Translations under genes and position numbers: made by a program | Shown: piece by piece, positions 1 to 13,500 of the stretch | Position numbering within the stretch: the first letter of the stretch is position 1 | Layout: every line of letters starts with the position of its first letter | DNA from: Auanema rhodensis | Taxonomy: Eukaryota > Animalia > Nematoda | Reading direction: 5' to 3' | Assembly (NCBI GenBank): GCA_964057225.1 | Contig: OZ059900.1 | Location: 15,376,001 to 15,440,000, forward strand | DNA: 64,000 bases | The notes under the pieces: generated by a model | Seen by the model: only the letters and a program-made list of their open reading frames with translations | Database searches by the model: none | Told to the model about the DNA's origin: nothing

Positions 1-341
1 TGTGTTTTTGTTTTTTCTAGTGTTCAGCATATAAAATGCTTCATTTTAGTATGTAACACGCTGAAATTCGTTGCATTTGACGACTCATATGAACAAAAAT
101 CGATTTAATCAATATTAGCCATAAGGGGCGTGCCCTCAGAATATGCTAATTTCCTTAATTTTCTAACCCTTGTTTTTTTGTCGTGAAAGTGGAACTAGAC
201 GTTGTACAAACAATTTTGAGCTAGGTTTCATTGACATTGCATGAGTTTGAACACATGAAATCGTAAGTCAAAACCTTGTTTACAGCGAAATTTCCAAAAA
301 CTGGTTTTCCAGCATGATAAAATATTTCTCATGGGAAATAC

Positions 342-683
342 TGTGTTTTTGTATTTTTCTAGTGTTCAGCATGTAAAATGCTTCATTTTAGTATGTAACA
401 CGCTGAAATTCGTTGCATTTGACGACTCATATGAACAAAAATCGATTTAATCAATATTAGCCATAAGGGGCGTGCCCTCAGAATATGCTAATTTCCTTAA
501 TTTTCTAACCCCTGTTTTTTTGTCGTGAAAGTGGAACTAGACGTTGTACGAACAATTTTGAGCTACGTTTCATTGACATTGCATGAGTTTGAACACATGA
601 AATCGTAAGTCAAAACCTTGTTTACAGCGAAATTTCCAAAAACTGGTTTTCCAGCATAATAAAATATTTCTCATGGGAAATAC
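342..683 (+). repeat. Representative 342-bp monomer (used for monomer position numbering, pos 1 = 342)
   Basis: Distance between successive tgtgtttttg starts is 342 bp; near-consensus copy. Confidence 0.98.
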
Positions 684-2050
684 TGTGTTTTTGTTTTTTT
701 CTAGTGTTCAGCATGTAAAATGCTCCATTTTAGTATGTAACACGCTGAAACTCGTTGCATTTGACGACTCATATGAACAAAAATCGATTTAATCAATATT
801 AGCCATAAGGGGCGTGCCCTCAGATTATGCTAATTTCCTTAATTTTCTAACCCCTGTTTTTTGTCGTGAAAGTGGAACTAGACGTTGTACGAACAATTTC
901 GAGCTAGGTTTCATTGACATTGCAGGAGTTTGAACACATGAAATCATAAGTCAAAACCTTGTTTACAGCGAAATTTCCAAAAACTGGTTTTCCAGCATAA
1001 TAAAATATTTCTCATGGGAAATACTGTGTTTTTGTATTTTTCTAGTGTTCAGCATGTGAAATGCTTCATTTTAGTATGTAACACGCTGAAATTCGTTGCA
1101 TTTGACGACTCATATGAACAAAAATCGATTTAATCAATATTAGCCATAAGGGGCGTGCCCTCAGAATATGCTAATTTCCTTAATTTTCTAACCCCTGTTT
1201 TGTTGTCGTGAAAGTGGAACTAGACGTTGTAGGAACAATTTTGAGCTAGGTTTCATTGACATTGCATGAGTTTGAACACATGAAATCGTAAGTCAAAACC
1301 TTGTTTACAGCGAAATTTCCAAAAACTGGTTTTCCAGCATAATAAAATATTTCTCATGGGAAATACTGTGTTTTTGTATTTTTATAGTGTTCAGCATGTA
1401 AAATGCTTCATTTTAGTATGTAACACGCTGAAATTCGTTGCATTTGACGACTCATATGAACAAAAATCGATTTAATCAATATTAGCCATAAGGGGCGTGC
1501 CCTCAGAATATGCTAATTTCCTTAATTTTCTAACCCCTGTTTTTTTGTCGTGAAAGTGGAACTAGACGTTGTACAAACAATTTCGAGCTAAGTTTCATTG
1601 ACATTGCATGAGTTTGAACACATGAAATCGTAAGTCAAAACCTTGTTTACAGCGAAATTTCCAAAAACTGGTTTTCCAGCATAATAAAATATTTCTCATG
1701 GGAAATACTGTGTTTTTGTATTTTTCTAGTGTTCAGCATGTAAAATGCTTCATTTTAGTATGTAACACGCTGAAATTCGTTGCATTTGACGACTCATATG
1801 AACAAAAATCGATTTAATCAATATTAGCCATAAGGGGCGTGCCCTCAGAATATGCTAATTTCCTTAATTTTCTAACCCCTGTTTTTTTGTCGTGAAAGTG
1901 GAACTAGACGTTGTACAAACAATTTTGAGCTAGGTTTCATTGACATTGCATGAGTTTGAACACATGAAATCGTAAGTCAAAACCTTGTTTACAGCGAAAT
2001 TTCCAAAAACTGGTTTTCCAGCATGATAAAATATTTCTCATGGGAAATAC

Positions 2051-5000
2051 TGTGTTTTTGTATTTTTCTAGTGTTCAGCATGTAAAATACTTCATTTTAG
2101 TATGTAACACGCTGAAATTCGTTGCATTTGACGACTCATATGAACAAAAATCGATTTAATCAATATTAGCCATAAGGGGCGTGCCCTCATAATATGCTAA
2201 TTTCCTTAATTTTCTAACCCCTGTTTTTTTGTCGTGAAAGTGGAACTAGACGTTGTACGAACAATTTTGAGCTAGGTTTCATTGACATTGCATGAGTTTG
2301 AACACATGAAATCGTAAGTCAAAACCTTGTTTACAGCGAAATTTCCAAAAACTGGTTTTCCAGCATAATAAAATATTTCTCATGGGAAATACTGTGTTTT
2401 TGTTTTTTTCTAGTGTTCAGCATATAAAATGCTTCATTTTAGTATGTAACACGCTGAAATTCGTTGCATTTGACGACTCATATGAACAAAAATCGATTTA
2501 ATCAATATTAGCCATAAGGGGCGTGCCCTCAGAATATGCTAATTTCCTTAATTTTCTAACCCTTGTTTTTTTGTCGTGAAAGTGGAACTAGACGTTGTAC
2601 AAACAATTTTGAGCTAGGTTTCATTGACATTGCATGAGTTTGAACACATGAAATCGTAAGTCAAAACCTTGTTTACAGCGAAATTTCCAAAAACTGGTTT
2701 TCCAGCATAATAAAATATTTCTCATGGGAAATACTGTGTTTTTGTTTTTTTCTAGTGTTCAGCATATAAAATGCTTCATTTTAGTATGTAACACGCTGAA
2801 ATTTGTTGCATTTGACGACTCATATGAACAAAAATCGATTTAATCAATATTAGCCATAAGGGGCGTGCCCTCAGAATATGCTAATTTCCTTAATTTTCTA
2901 ACCCTTGTTTTTTTGTCGTGAAAGTGGAACTAGACGTTGTACAAACAATTTTGAGCTAGGTTTCATTGACATTGCATGAGTTTGAACACATGAAATCGTA
3001 AGTCAAAACCTTGTTTACAGCGAAATTTCCAAAAACTGGTTTTCCAGCATGATAAAATATTTCTCATGGGAAATACTGTGTTTTTGTATTTTTCTAGTGT
3101 TCAGCATGTAAAATGCTTCATTTTAGTATGTAACACGCTGAAATTCGTTGCATTTGACGACTCATATGAACAAAAATCGATTTAATCAATATTAGCCATA
3201 AGGGGCGTGCCCTCAGAATATGCTAATTTCCTTAATTTTCTAACCCCTGTTTTTTTGTCGTGAAAGTGGAACTAGACGTTGTACGAACAATTTTGAGCTA
3301 CGTTTCATTGACATTGCATGAGTTTGAACACATGAAATCGTAAGTCAAAACCTTGTTTACAGCGAAATTTCCAAAAACTGGTTTTCCAGCATAATAAAAT
3401 ATTTCTCATGGGAAATACTGTGTTTTTGTATTTTTCTAGTGTTCAGCATGTAAAATGCTTCATTTTAGTATGTAACACGCTGAAATTCGTTGCATTTGAC
3501 GACTCATATGAACAAAAATCGATTTAATCAATATTAGCCATAAGGGGCGTGCCCTCAGAATATGCTAATTTCCTTAATTTTCTAACCCCTGTTTTTTTGT
3601 CGTGAAAGTGGAACTAGACGTTGTACAAACAATTTCGAGCTAAGTTTCATTGACATTGCATGAGTTTGAACACATGAAATCGTAAGTCAAAACCTTGTTT
3701 ACAGCGAAATTTCCAAAAACTGGTTTTCCAGCATAATAAAATATTTCTCATGGGAAATACTGTGTTTTTGTATTTTTCTAGTGTTCAGCATGTAAAATGC
3801 TTCATTTTAGTATGTAACACGCTGAAATTCGTTGCATTTGACGACTCATATGAACAAAAATCGATTTAATCAATATTAGCCATAAGGGGCGTGCCCTCAG
3901 AATATGCTAATTTCCTTAATTTTCTAACCCCTGTTTTTTTGTCGTGAAAGTGGAACTAGACGTTGTACAAACAATTTTGAGCTAGGTTTCATTGACATTG
4001 CATGAGTTTGAACACATGAAATCGTAAGTCAAAACCTTGTTTACAGCGAAATTTCCAAAAACTGGTTTTCCAGCATGATAAAATATTTCTCATGGGAAAT
4101 ACTGTGTTTTTGTATTTTTCTAGTGTTCAGCATGTAAAATACTTCATTTTAGTATGTAACACGCTGAAATTCGTTGCATTTGACGACTCATATGAACAAA
4201 AATCGATTTAATCAATATTAGCCATAAGGGGCGTGCCCTCAGAATATGCTAATTTCCTTAATTTTCTAACCCCTGTTTTTTTGTCGTGAAAGTGGAACTA
4301 GACGTTGTACAAACAATTTTGAGCTAGGTTTCATTGACATTGCATGAGTTTGAACACATGAAATCGTAAGTCAAAACCTTGTTTACAGCGAAATTTCCAA
4401 AAACTGGTTTTCCAGCATAATAAAATATTTCTCATGAGAAATACTGTGTTTTTGTATTTTTCTAGTGTTCAGCATGTAAAATGCTTCATTTTAGTATGTA
4501 ACACGCTGAAATTCGTTGCATTTGACGACTCATATGAACAAAAATCGATTTAATCAATATTAGCCATAAGGGGCGTGCCCTCATAATATGCTAATTTCCT
4601 TAATTTTCTAACCCCTGTTTTTTTGTCGTGAAAGTGGAACTAGACGTTGTACGAACAATTTTGAGCTAGGTTTCATTGACATTGCATGAGTTTGAACACA
4701 TGAAATCGTAAGTCAAAACCTTGTTTACAGCGAAATTTCCAAAAACTGGTTTTCCAGCATAATAAAATATTTCTCATGGGAAATACTGTGTTTTTGTTTT
4801 TTTCTAGTGTTCAGCATATAAAATGCTTCATTTTAGTATGTAACACGCTGAAATTCGTTGCATTTGACGACTCATATGAACAAAAATCGATTTAATCAAT
4901 ATTAGCCATAAGGGGCGTGCCCTCAGAATATGCTAATTTCCTTAATTTTCTAACCCTTGTTTTTTTGTCGTGAAAGTGGAACTAGACGTTGTACAAACAA

Positions 5001-5810
5001 TTTTGAGCTAGGTTTCATTGACATTGCATGAGTTTGAACACATGAAATCGTAAGTCAAAACCTTGTTTACAGCGAAATTTCCAAAAACTGGTTTTCCAGC
5101 ATAATAAAATATTTCTCATGGGAAATACTGTGTTTTTGTTTTTTTCTAGTGTTCAGCATATAAAATGCTTCATTTTAGTATGTAACACGCTGAAATTTGT
5201 TGCATTTGACGACTCATATGAACAAAAATCGATTTAATCAATATTAGCCATAAGGGGCGTGCCCTCAGAATATGCTAATTTCCTTAATTTTCTAACCCTT
5301 GTTTTTTTGTCGTGAAAGTGGAACTAGACGTTGTACAAACAATTTTGAGCTAGGTTTCATTGACATTGCATGAGTTTGAACACATGAAATCGTAAGTCAA
5401 AACCTTGTTTACAGCGAAATTTCCAAAAACTGGTTTTCCAGCATGATAAAATATTTCTCATGGGAAATACTGTGTTTTTGTATTTTTCTAGTGTTCAGCA
5501 TGTAAAATGCTTCATTTTAGTATGTAACACGCTGAAATTCGTTGCATTTGACGACTCATATGAACAAAAATCGATTTAATCAATATTAGCCATAAGGGGC
5601 GTGCCCTCAGAATATGCTAATTTCCTTAATTTTCTAACCCCTGTTTTTTTGTCGTGAAAGTGGAACTAGACGTTGTACGAACAATTTTGAGCTACGTTTC
5701 ATTGACATTGCATGAGTTTGAACACATGAAATCGTAAGTCAAAACCTTGTTTACAGCGAAATTTCCAAAAACTGGTTTTCCAGCATAATAAAATATTTCT
5801 CATGGGAAAT
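2051..5810 (+). repeat. Block duplication with 7-monomer (2394 bp) offset
   Basis: Rare variants ccctcaTaat at 2190 and 4584, and aaattTgttg at ~2804 and ~5198, with gcatAtaaa/aacccTtg monomers in the same order. Boundaries approximate. Confidence 0.8.
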
Positions 5811-7489
5811 ACTGTGTTTTTGTTTTTTTCTAGTGTTCAGCATGTAAAATGCTCCATTTTAGTATGTAACACGCTGAAACTCGTTGCATTTGACGACTCA
5901 TATGAACAAAAATCGATTTAATCAATATTAGCCATAAGGGGCGTGCCCTCAGAATATGCTAATTTCCTTAATTTTCTAACCCCTGTTTTTTTGTCGTGAA
6001 AGTGGAACTAGACGTTGTACGAACAATTTTGAGCTAGGTTTCATTGACATTGCATGAGTTTGAACACATGAAATCGTAAGTCAAAACCTTGTTTACAGCG
6101 AAATTTCCAAAAACTGGTTTTCCAGCATAATAAAATATTTCTCATGGGAAATACTGTGTTTTTGTATTTTTCTAGTGTTCAGCATGTAAAATGCTTCATT
6201 TTAGTTTGTAACACGCTGAAATTCGTTGCATTTGACGACTCATATGAACAAAAATCGATTTAATCAATATTAGCCATAAGGGGCGTGCCCTCAGAATATG
6301 CTAATTTCCTTAATTTTCTAACCCTTGTTTTTTTGTCGTGAAATTGGAACTAGACGTTGTACAAACAATTTTGAGCTAGGTTTCATTGACATTGCATGAG
6401 TTTGAACACATGAAATCGTAAGTCAAAACCTTGTTTACAGCGAAATTTCCAAAAACTGGTTTTCCAGCATAATAAAATATTTCTCATGAGAAATACTGTG
6501 TTTTTGTATTTTTCTAGTGTTCAGCATGTAAAATGCTTCATTTTAGTATGTAACACGCTGAAATTCGTTGCATTTGACGACTCATATGAACAAAAATCGA
6601 TTTAATCAATATTAGCCATAAGGGGCGTGCCCTCAGAATATGCTAATTTCCTTAATTTTCTAACCCCTGTTTTTTTGTCGTGAAAGTGGAACTAGACGTT
6701 GTACAAACAATTTTGAGCTAGGTTTCATTGACATTGCATGAGTTTGAACACATGAAATCGTAAGTCAAAACCTTGTTTACAGCGAAATTTCCAAAAACTG
6801 GTTTTCCAGCATAATAAAATATTTCTCATGAGAAATACTGTGTTTTTGTATTTTTCTAGTGTTCAGCATGTAAAATGCTTCATTTTAGTATGTAACACGC
6901 TGAAATTCGTTGCATTTGACGACTCATATGAACAAAAATCGATTTAATCAATATTAGCCATAAGGGGCGTGCCCTCAGAATATGCTAATTTCCTTAATTT
7001 TCTAACCCCTGTTTTTTTGTCGTGAAAGTGGAACTAGACGTTGTACAAACAATTTTGAGCTAGGTTTCATTGACATTGCATGAGTTTGAACACATGAAAT
7101 CGTAAGTCAAAACCTTGTTTACAGCGAAATTTCCAAAAACTGGTTTTCCAGCATAATAAAATATTTCTCATGAGAAATACTGTGTTTTTGTATTTTTCTA
7201 GTGTTCAGCATGTAAAATGCTTCATTTTAGTATGTAACACGCTGAAATTCGTTGCATTTGACGACTCATATGAACAAAAATCGATTTAATCAATATTAGC
7301 CATAAGGGGCGTGCCCTCAGAATATGCTAATTTCCTTAATTTTCTAACCCCTGTTTTTTTGTCGTGAAAGTGGAACTAGACGTTGTACAAACAATTTCGA
7401 GCTAAGTTTCATTGACATTGCATGAGTTTGAACACATGAAATCGTAAGTCAAAACCTTGTTTACAGCGAAATTTCCAAAAACTGGTTTT

Positions 7490-10400
7490 CCAGCATGATA
7501 AAATATTTCTCATGGGAAATACTGTGTTTTTGTATTTTTCTAGTGTTCAGCATGTAAAATACTTCATTTTAGTATGTAACACGCTGAAATTCGTTGCATT
7601 TGACGACTCATATGAACAAAAATCGATTTAATCAATATTAGCCATAAGGGGCGTGCCCTCAGAATATGCTAGTTTCCTTAATTTTCTAACCCCTGTTTTT
7701 TTGTCGTGAAAGTGGAACTAGACGTTGTACAAACAATTTTGAGCTAGGTTTCATTGACATTGCATGAGTTTGAACACATGAAATCGTAAGTCAAAACCTT
7801 GTTTACAGCGAAATTTCCAAAAACTGGTTTTCCAGCATAATAAAATATTTCTCATGAGAAATACTGTGTTTTTGTATTTTTCTAGTGTTCAGCATGTAAA
7901 ATGCTTCATTTTAGTATGTAACACGCTGAAATTCGTTGCATTTGACGACTCATATGAACAAAAATCGATTTAATCAATATTAGCCATAAGGGGCGTGCCC
8001 TCAGAATATGCTAATTTCCTTAATTTTCTAACCCCTGTTTTTTTGTCGTGAAAGTGGAACTAGACGTTGTACAAACAATTTTGAGCTAGGTTTCATTGAC
8101 ATTGCATGAGTTTGAACACATGAAATCGTAAGTCAAAACCTTGTTTACAGCGAAATTTCCAAAAACTGGTTTTCCAGCATAATAAAATATTTCTCATGAG
8201 AAATACTGTGTTTTTGTATTTTTCTAGTGTTCAGCATGTAAAATGCTTCATTTTAGTATGTAACACGCTGAAATTCGTTGCATTTGACGACTCATATGAA
8301 CAAAAATCGATTTAATCAATATTAGCCATAAGGGGCGTGCCCTCAGAATATGCTAATTTCCTTAATTTTCTAACCCCTGTTTTTTTGTCGTGAAAGTGAA
8401 ACTAGACGTTGTACAAACAATTTCGAGCTAAGTTTCATTGACATTGCATGAGTTTGAACACTTGAAATCGTAAGTCAAAACCTTGTTTACAGCGAAATTT
8501 CCAAAAACTGGTTTTCCAGCATAATAAAATATTTCTCATGGGAAATACTGTGTTTTTGTATTTTTCTAGTGTTCAGCATGTAAAATGCTTCATTTTAGTA
8601 TGTAACACGCTAAAATTCGTTGCATTTGACGACTCATATGAACAAAAATCGATTTAATCAATATTAGCCATAAGGGGCGTGCCCTCAGAATATGCTAATT
8701 TCCTTAATTTTCTAACCCCTGTTTTTTTGTCGTGAAAGTGGAACTAGACGTTGTACGAACAATTTTGAGCTAGGTTTCATTGACATTGCATGAGTTTGAA
8801 CACATGAAATCGTAAGTCAAAACCTTGTTTACAGCGAAATTTCCAAAAACTGGTTTTCCAGCATAATAAAATATTTCTCATGGGAAATACTGTGTTTTTG
8901 TATTTTTCTAGTGTTCAGCATGTAAAATGCTTCATTTTAGTTTGTAACACGCTGAAATTCGTTGCATTTGACGACTCATATGAACAAAAATCGATTTAAT
9001 CAATATTAGCCATAAGGGGCGTGCCCTCAGAATATGCTAATTTCCTTAATTTTCTAACCCTTGTTTTTTTGTCGTGAAATTGGAACTAGACGTTGTACAA
9101 ACAATTTTGAGCTAGGTTTCATTGACATTGCATGAGTTTGAACACATGAAATCGTAAGTCAAAACCTTGTTTACAGCGAAATTTCCAAAAACTGGTTTTC
9201 CAGCATGATAAAATATTTCTCATGGGAAATACTGTGTTTTTGTATTTTTCTAGTGTTCAGCATGTAAAATACTTCATTTTAGTATGTAACACGCTGAAAT
9301 TCGTTGCATTTGACGACTCATATGAACAAAAATCGATTTAATCAATATTAGCCATAAGGGGCGTGCCCTCAGAATATGCTAGTTTCCTTAATTTTCTAAC
9401 CCCTGTTTTTTTGTCGTGAAAGTGGAACTAGACGTTGTACAAACAATTTTGAGCTAGGTTTCATTGACATTGCATGAGTTTGAACACATGAAATCGTAAG
9501 TCAAAACCTTGTTTACAGCGAAATTTCCAAAAACTGGTTTTCCAGCATAATAAAATATTTCTCATGAGAAATACTGTGTTTTTGTATTTTTCTAGTGTTC
9601 AGCATGTAAAATGCTTCATTTTAGTATGTAACACGCTGAAATTCGTTGCATTTGACGACTCATATGAACAAAAATCGATTTAATCAATATTAGCCATAAG
9701 GGGCGTGCCCTCAGAATATGCTAATTTCCTTAATTTTCTAACCCCTGTTTTTTTGTCGTGAAAGTGGAACTAGACGTTGTACAAACAATTTTGAGCTAGG
9801 TTTCATTGACATTGCATGAGTTTGAACACATGAAATCGTAAGTCAAAACCTTGTTTACAGCGAAATTTCCAAAAACTGGTTTTCCAGCATAATAAAATAT
9901 TTCTCATGAGAAATACTGTGTTTTTGTATTTTTCTAGTGTTCAGCATGTAAAATGCTTCATTTTAGTATGTAACACGCTGAAATTCGTTGCATTTGACGA
10001 CTCATATGAACAAAAATCGATTTAATCAATATTAGCCATAAGGGGCGTGCCCTCAGAATATGCTAATTTCCTTAATTTTCTAACCCCTGTTTTTTTGTCG
10101 TGAAAGTGGAACTAGACGTTGTACAAACAATTTCGAGCTAAGTTTCATTGACATTGCATGAGTTTGAACACTTGAAATCGTAAGTCAAAACCTTGTTTAC
10201 AGCGAAATTTCCAAAAACTGGTTTTCCAGCATAATAAAATATTTCTCATGGGAAATACTGTGTTTTTGTATTTTTCTAGTGTTCAGCATGTAAAATGCTT
10301 CATTTTAGTATGTAACACGCTAAAATTCGTTGCATTTGACGACTCATATGAACAAAAATCGATTTAATCAATATTAGCCATAAGGGGCGTGCCCTCAGAA

Positions 10401-10580
10401 TATGCTAATTTCCTTAATTTTCTAACCCCTGTTTTTTTGTCGTGAAAGTGGAACTAGACGTTGTACGAACAATTTTGAGCTAGGTTTCATTGACATTGCA
10501 TGAGTTTGAACACATGAAATCGTAAGTCAAAACCTTGTTTACAGCGAAATTTCCAAAAACTGGTTTTCCAGCATAATAAA
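7490..10580 (+). repeat. Block duplication with 5-monomer (1710 bp) period
   Basis: Markers aaatActtc 7561/9271, gctaGtttc 7672/9382, cacTtgaaa 8462/10172, gctAaaatt 8612/10322. Confidence 0.85.
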
Positions 10581-13500
10581 ATATTTCTCATATGAAATAC
10601 TGTGTTTTTGTATTCTTCTAGTGTTCAGCATGTAAAATGCTTCATTTTAGTATGTAACACGCTGAAATTCGTTGCATTTGACGACTCATATGAACAAAAA
10701 TCGATTTAATCAATATTAGCCATAAGGGGCGTGCCCTCAGAATATGCTAATTTCCTTAATTTTCTAACCCCTGTTTTTTTGTCGTGAAATTGGAACTAGA
10801 CGTTGTACAAACAATTTTGAGCTAGGTTTCATTGACATTGCATGAGTTTGAACACATGAAATCGTAAGTCAAAACCTTGTTTACAGCGAAATTTCCAAAA
10901 ACTGGTTTTCCAGCATGATAAAATATTTCTCATGGGAAATACTGTGTTTTTGTATTTTTCTAGTGTTCAGCATGTAAAATGCTTCATTTTAGTATGTAAC
11001 ACGCTGAAATTCGTTGCATTTGACGACTCATATGAACAAAAATCGATTTAATCAATATTAGCCATAAGGGGCGTGCCCTCAGAATATGCTAATTTCCTTA
11101 ATTTTCTAACCCCTGTTTTTTTGTCGTGAAAGTGGAACTAGACGTTGTACGAACAATTTTGAGCTACGTTTCATTGACATTGCATGAGTTTGAACACATG
11201 AAATCGTAAGTCAAAACCTTGTTTACAGCGAAATTTCCAAAAACTGGTTTTCCAGCATGATAAAATATTTCTCATGGGAAATACTGTGTTTTTGTATTTT
11301 TCTAGTGTTCAGCATGTAAAATGCTTCATTTTAGTATGTAACACGCTGAAATTCGTTGCATTTGACGACTCATATGAACAAAAATCGATTTAATCAATAT
11401 TAGCCATAAGGGGCGTGCCCTCAGAATATGCTAATTTCCTTAATTTTCTAACCCCTGTTTTTTTGTCGTGAAAGTGGAACTAGACGTTGTACGAACAATT
11501 TTGAGCTAGGTTTCATTGACATTGCATGAGTTTGAACACATGAAATCGTAAGTCAAAACCTTGTTTACAGCGAAATTTCCAAAAACTGGTTTTCCAGCAT
11601 AATAAAATATTTCTCATGGGAAATACTGTGTTTTTGTATTTTTCTAGTGTTCAGCATGTGGAATGCTTCATTTTAGTATGTAACACGCTGAAATTCGTTG
11701 CATTTGACGACTCATATGAACAAAAATCGATTTAATCAATATTAGCCATAAGGGGCGTGCCCTCAGAATATGCTAATTTCCTTAATTTTCTAACCCCTGT
11801 TTTTTTGTCGTGAAAGTGGAACTAGACGTTGTACGAACAATTTTGAGCTAAGTTTCATTGACATTGCATGAGTTTGAACACATGAAATCGTAAGTCAAAA
11901 CCTTGTTTACAGCGAAATTTCCAAAAACTGGTTTTCCAGCATAATAAAATATTTCTCATGGGAAATACTGTGTTTTTGTATTTTTCTAGTGTTCAGCATG
12001 TAAAATGCTTCATTTTAGTATGTAACACGCTGAAATTCGTTGCATTTGACGACTCATATGAACAAAAATCGATTTAATCAATATTAGCCATAAGGGGCGT
12101 GCCCTCAGAATATGCTAATTTCCTTAATTTTCTAACCCCTGTTTTTTTGTCGTGAAAGTGGAACTAGACGTTGTACGAACAATTTTGAGCTACGTTTCAT
12201 TGACATTGCATGAGTTTGAACACATGAAATCGTAAGTCAAAACCTTGTTTACAGCGAAATTTCCAAAAACTGGTTTTCCAGCATAATAAAATATTTCTCA
12301 TGGGAAATACTGTGTTTTTGTATTCTTCTAGTGTTCAGCATGTAAAATGCTTCATTTTAGTATGTAACACGCTGAAATTCGTTGCATTTGACGACTCATA
12401 TGAACAAAAATCGATTTAATCAATATTAGCCATAAGGGGCGTGCCCTCAGAATATGCTAATTTCCTTAATTTTCTAACCCCTGTTTTTTTGTCGTGAAAG
12501 TGGAACTAGACGTTGTACGAACAATTTTGAGCTAGGTTTCATTGACATTGCATGAGTTTGAACACATGAAATCGTAAGTCAAAACCTTGTTTACAGCGAA
12601 ATTTCCAAAAACTGGTTTTCCAGCATAATAAAATATTTCTCATGGGAAATACTGTGTTTTTGTATTCTTCTAGTGTTCAGCATGTAAAATGCTTCATTTT
12701 AGTATGTAACACGCTGAAATTCGTTGCATTTGACGACTCATATGAACAAAAATCGATTTAATCAATATTAGCCATAAGGGGCGTGCCCTCAGAATATGCT
12801 AATTTCCTTAATTTTCTAACCCCTGTTTTTTTGTCGTGAAAGTGGAACTAGACGTTGTACGAACAATTTTGAGCTAAGTTTCATTGACATTGCATGAGTT
12901 TGAACACATGAAATCGTAAGTCAAAACCTTGTTTACAGCGAAATTTCCAAAAACTGGTTTTCCAGCATAATAAAATATTTCTCATGAGAAATACTGTGTT
13001 TTTGTATTTTTCTAGTGTTCAGCATGTAAAATGCTTCATTTTAGTATGTAACACGCTGAAATTCGTTGCATTTGACGACTCATATGAACAAAAATCGATT
13101 TAATCAATATTAGCCATAAGGGGCGTGCCCTCAGAATATGCTAATTTCCTTAATTTTCTAACCCCTGTTTTTTTGTCGTGAAAGTGGAACTAGACGTTCT
13201 ACAAACAATTTCGAGCTAAGTTTCATTGACATTGCATGAGTTTGAACACTTGAAATCGTAAGTCAAAACCTTGTTTACAGCGAAATTTCCAAAAACTGGT
13301 TTTCCAGCATAATAAAATATTTCTCATGGGAAATACTGTGTTTTTGTATTTTTCTAGTGTTCAGCATGTAAAATGCTTCATTTTAGTATGTAACACGCTA
13401 AAATTCGTTGCATTTGACGACTCATATGAACAAAAATCGATTTAATCAATATTAGCCATAAGGGGCGTGCCCTCAGAATATGCTAATTTCCTTAATTTTC

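Noticed and set aside
573-660. Bacterial promoter-like ttgaca and cataat, and an aataaa polyadenylation-like word
   Set aside because: The spacing is wrong for a sigma70 promoter, such words are expected in AT-rich DNA, and there is no associated gene.
570-674. Short minus-strand ORF MRNILLCWKTSFWKFRCKQGFDLRFHVFKLMQCQ (34 aa) in most monomers, on the + strand within the inversions
   Set aside because: Length expected by chance, no recognisable motif and no expression evidence.
342-683. Monomer length divisible by 3 (114 codons), suggesting a giant repeat-protein ORF
   Set aside because: Manual translation shows stop codons in all six frames of the monomer, and frameshifting indels occur in several copies.
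342-683. 5S rRNA, tRNA, snRNA or spliced-leader tandem gene unit
   Set aside because: No recognisable conserved RNA gene sequence, cloverleaf or internal promoter boxes in the monomer.
855-862. Isolated single-base length changes in T tracts (e.g. ~11-16, ~857, ~38121)
   Set aside because: Ordinary homopolymer slippage or sequencing error; used only to reconcile offsets.
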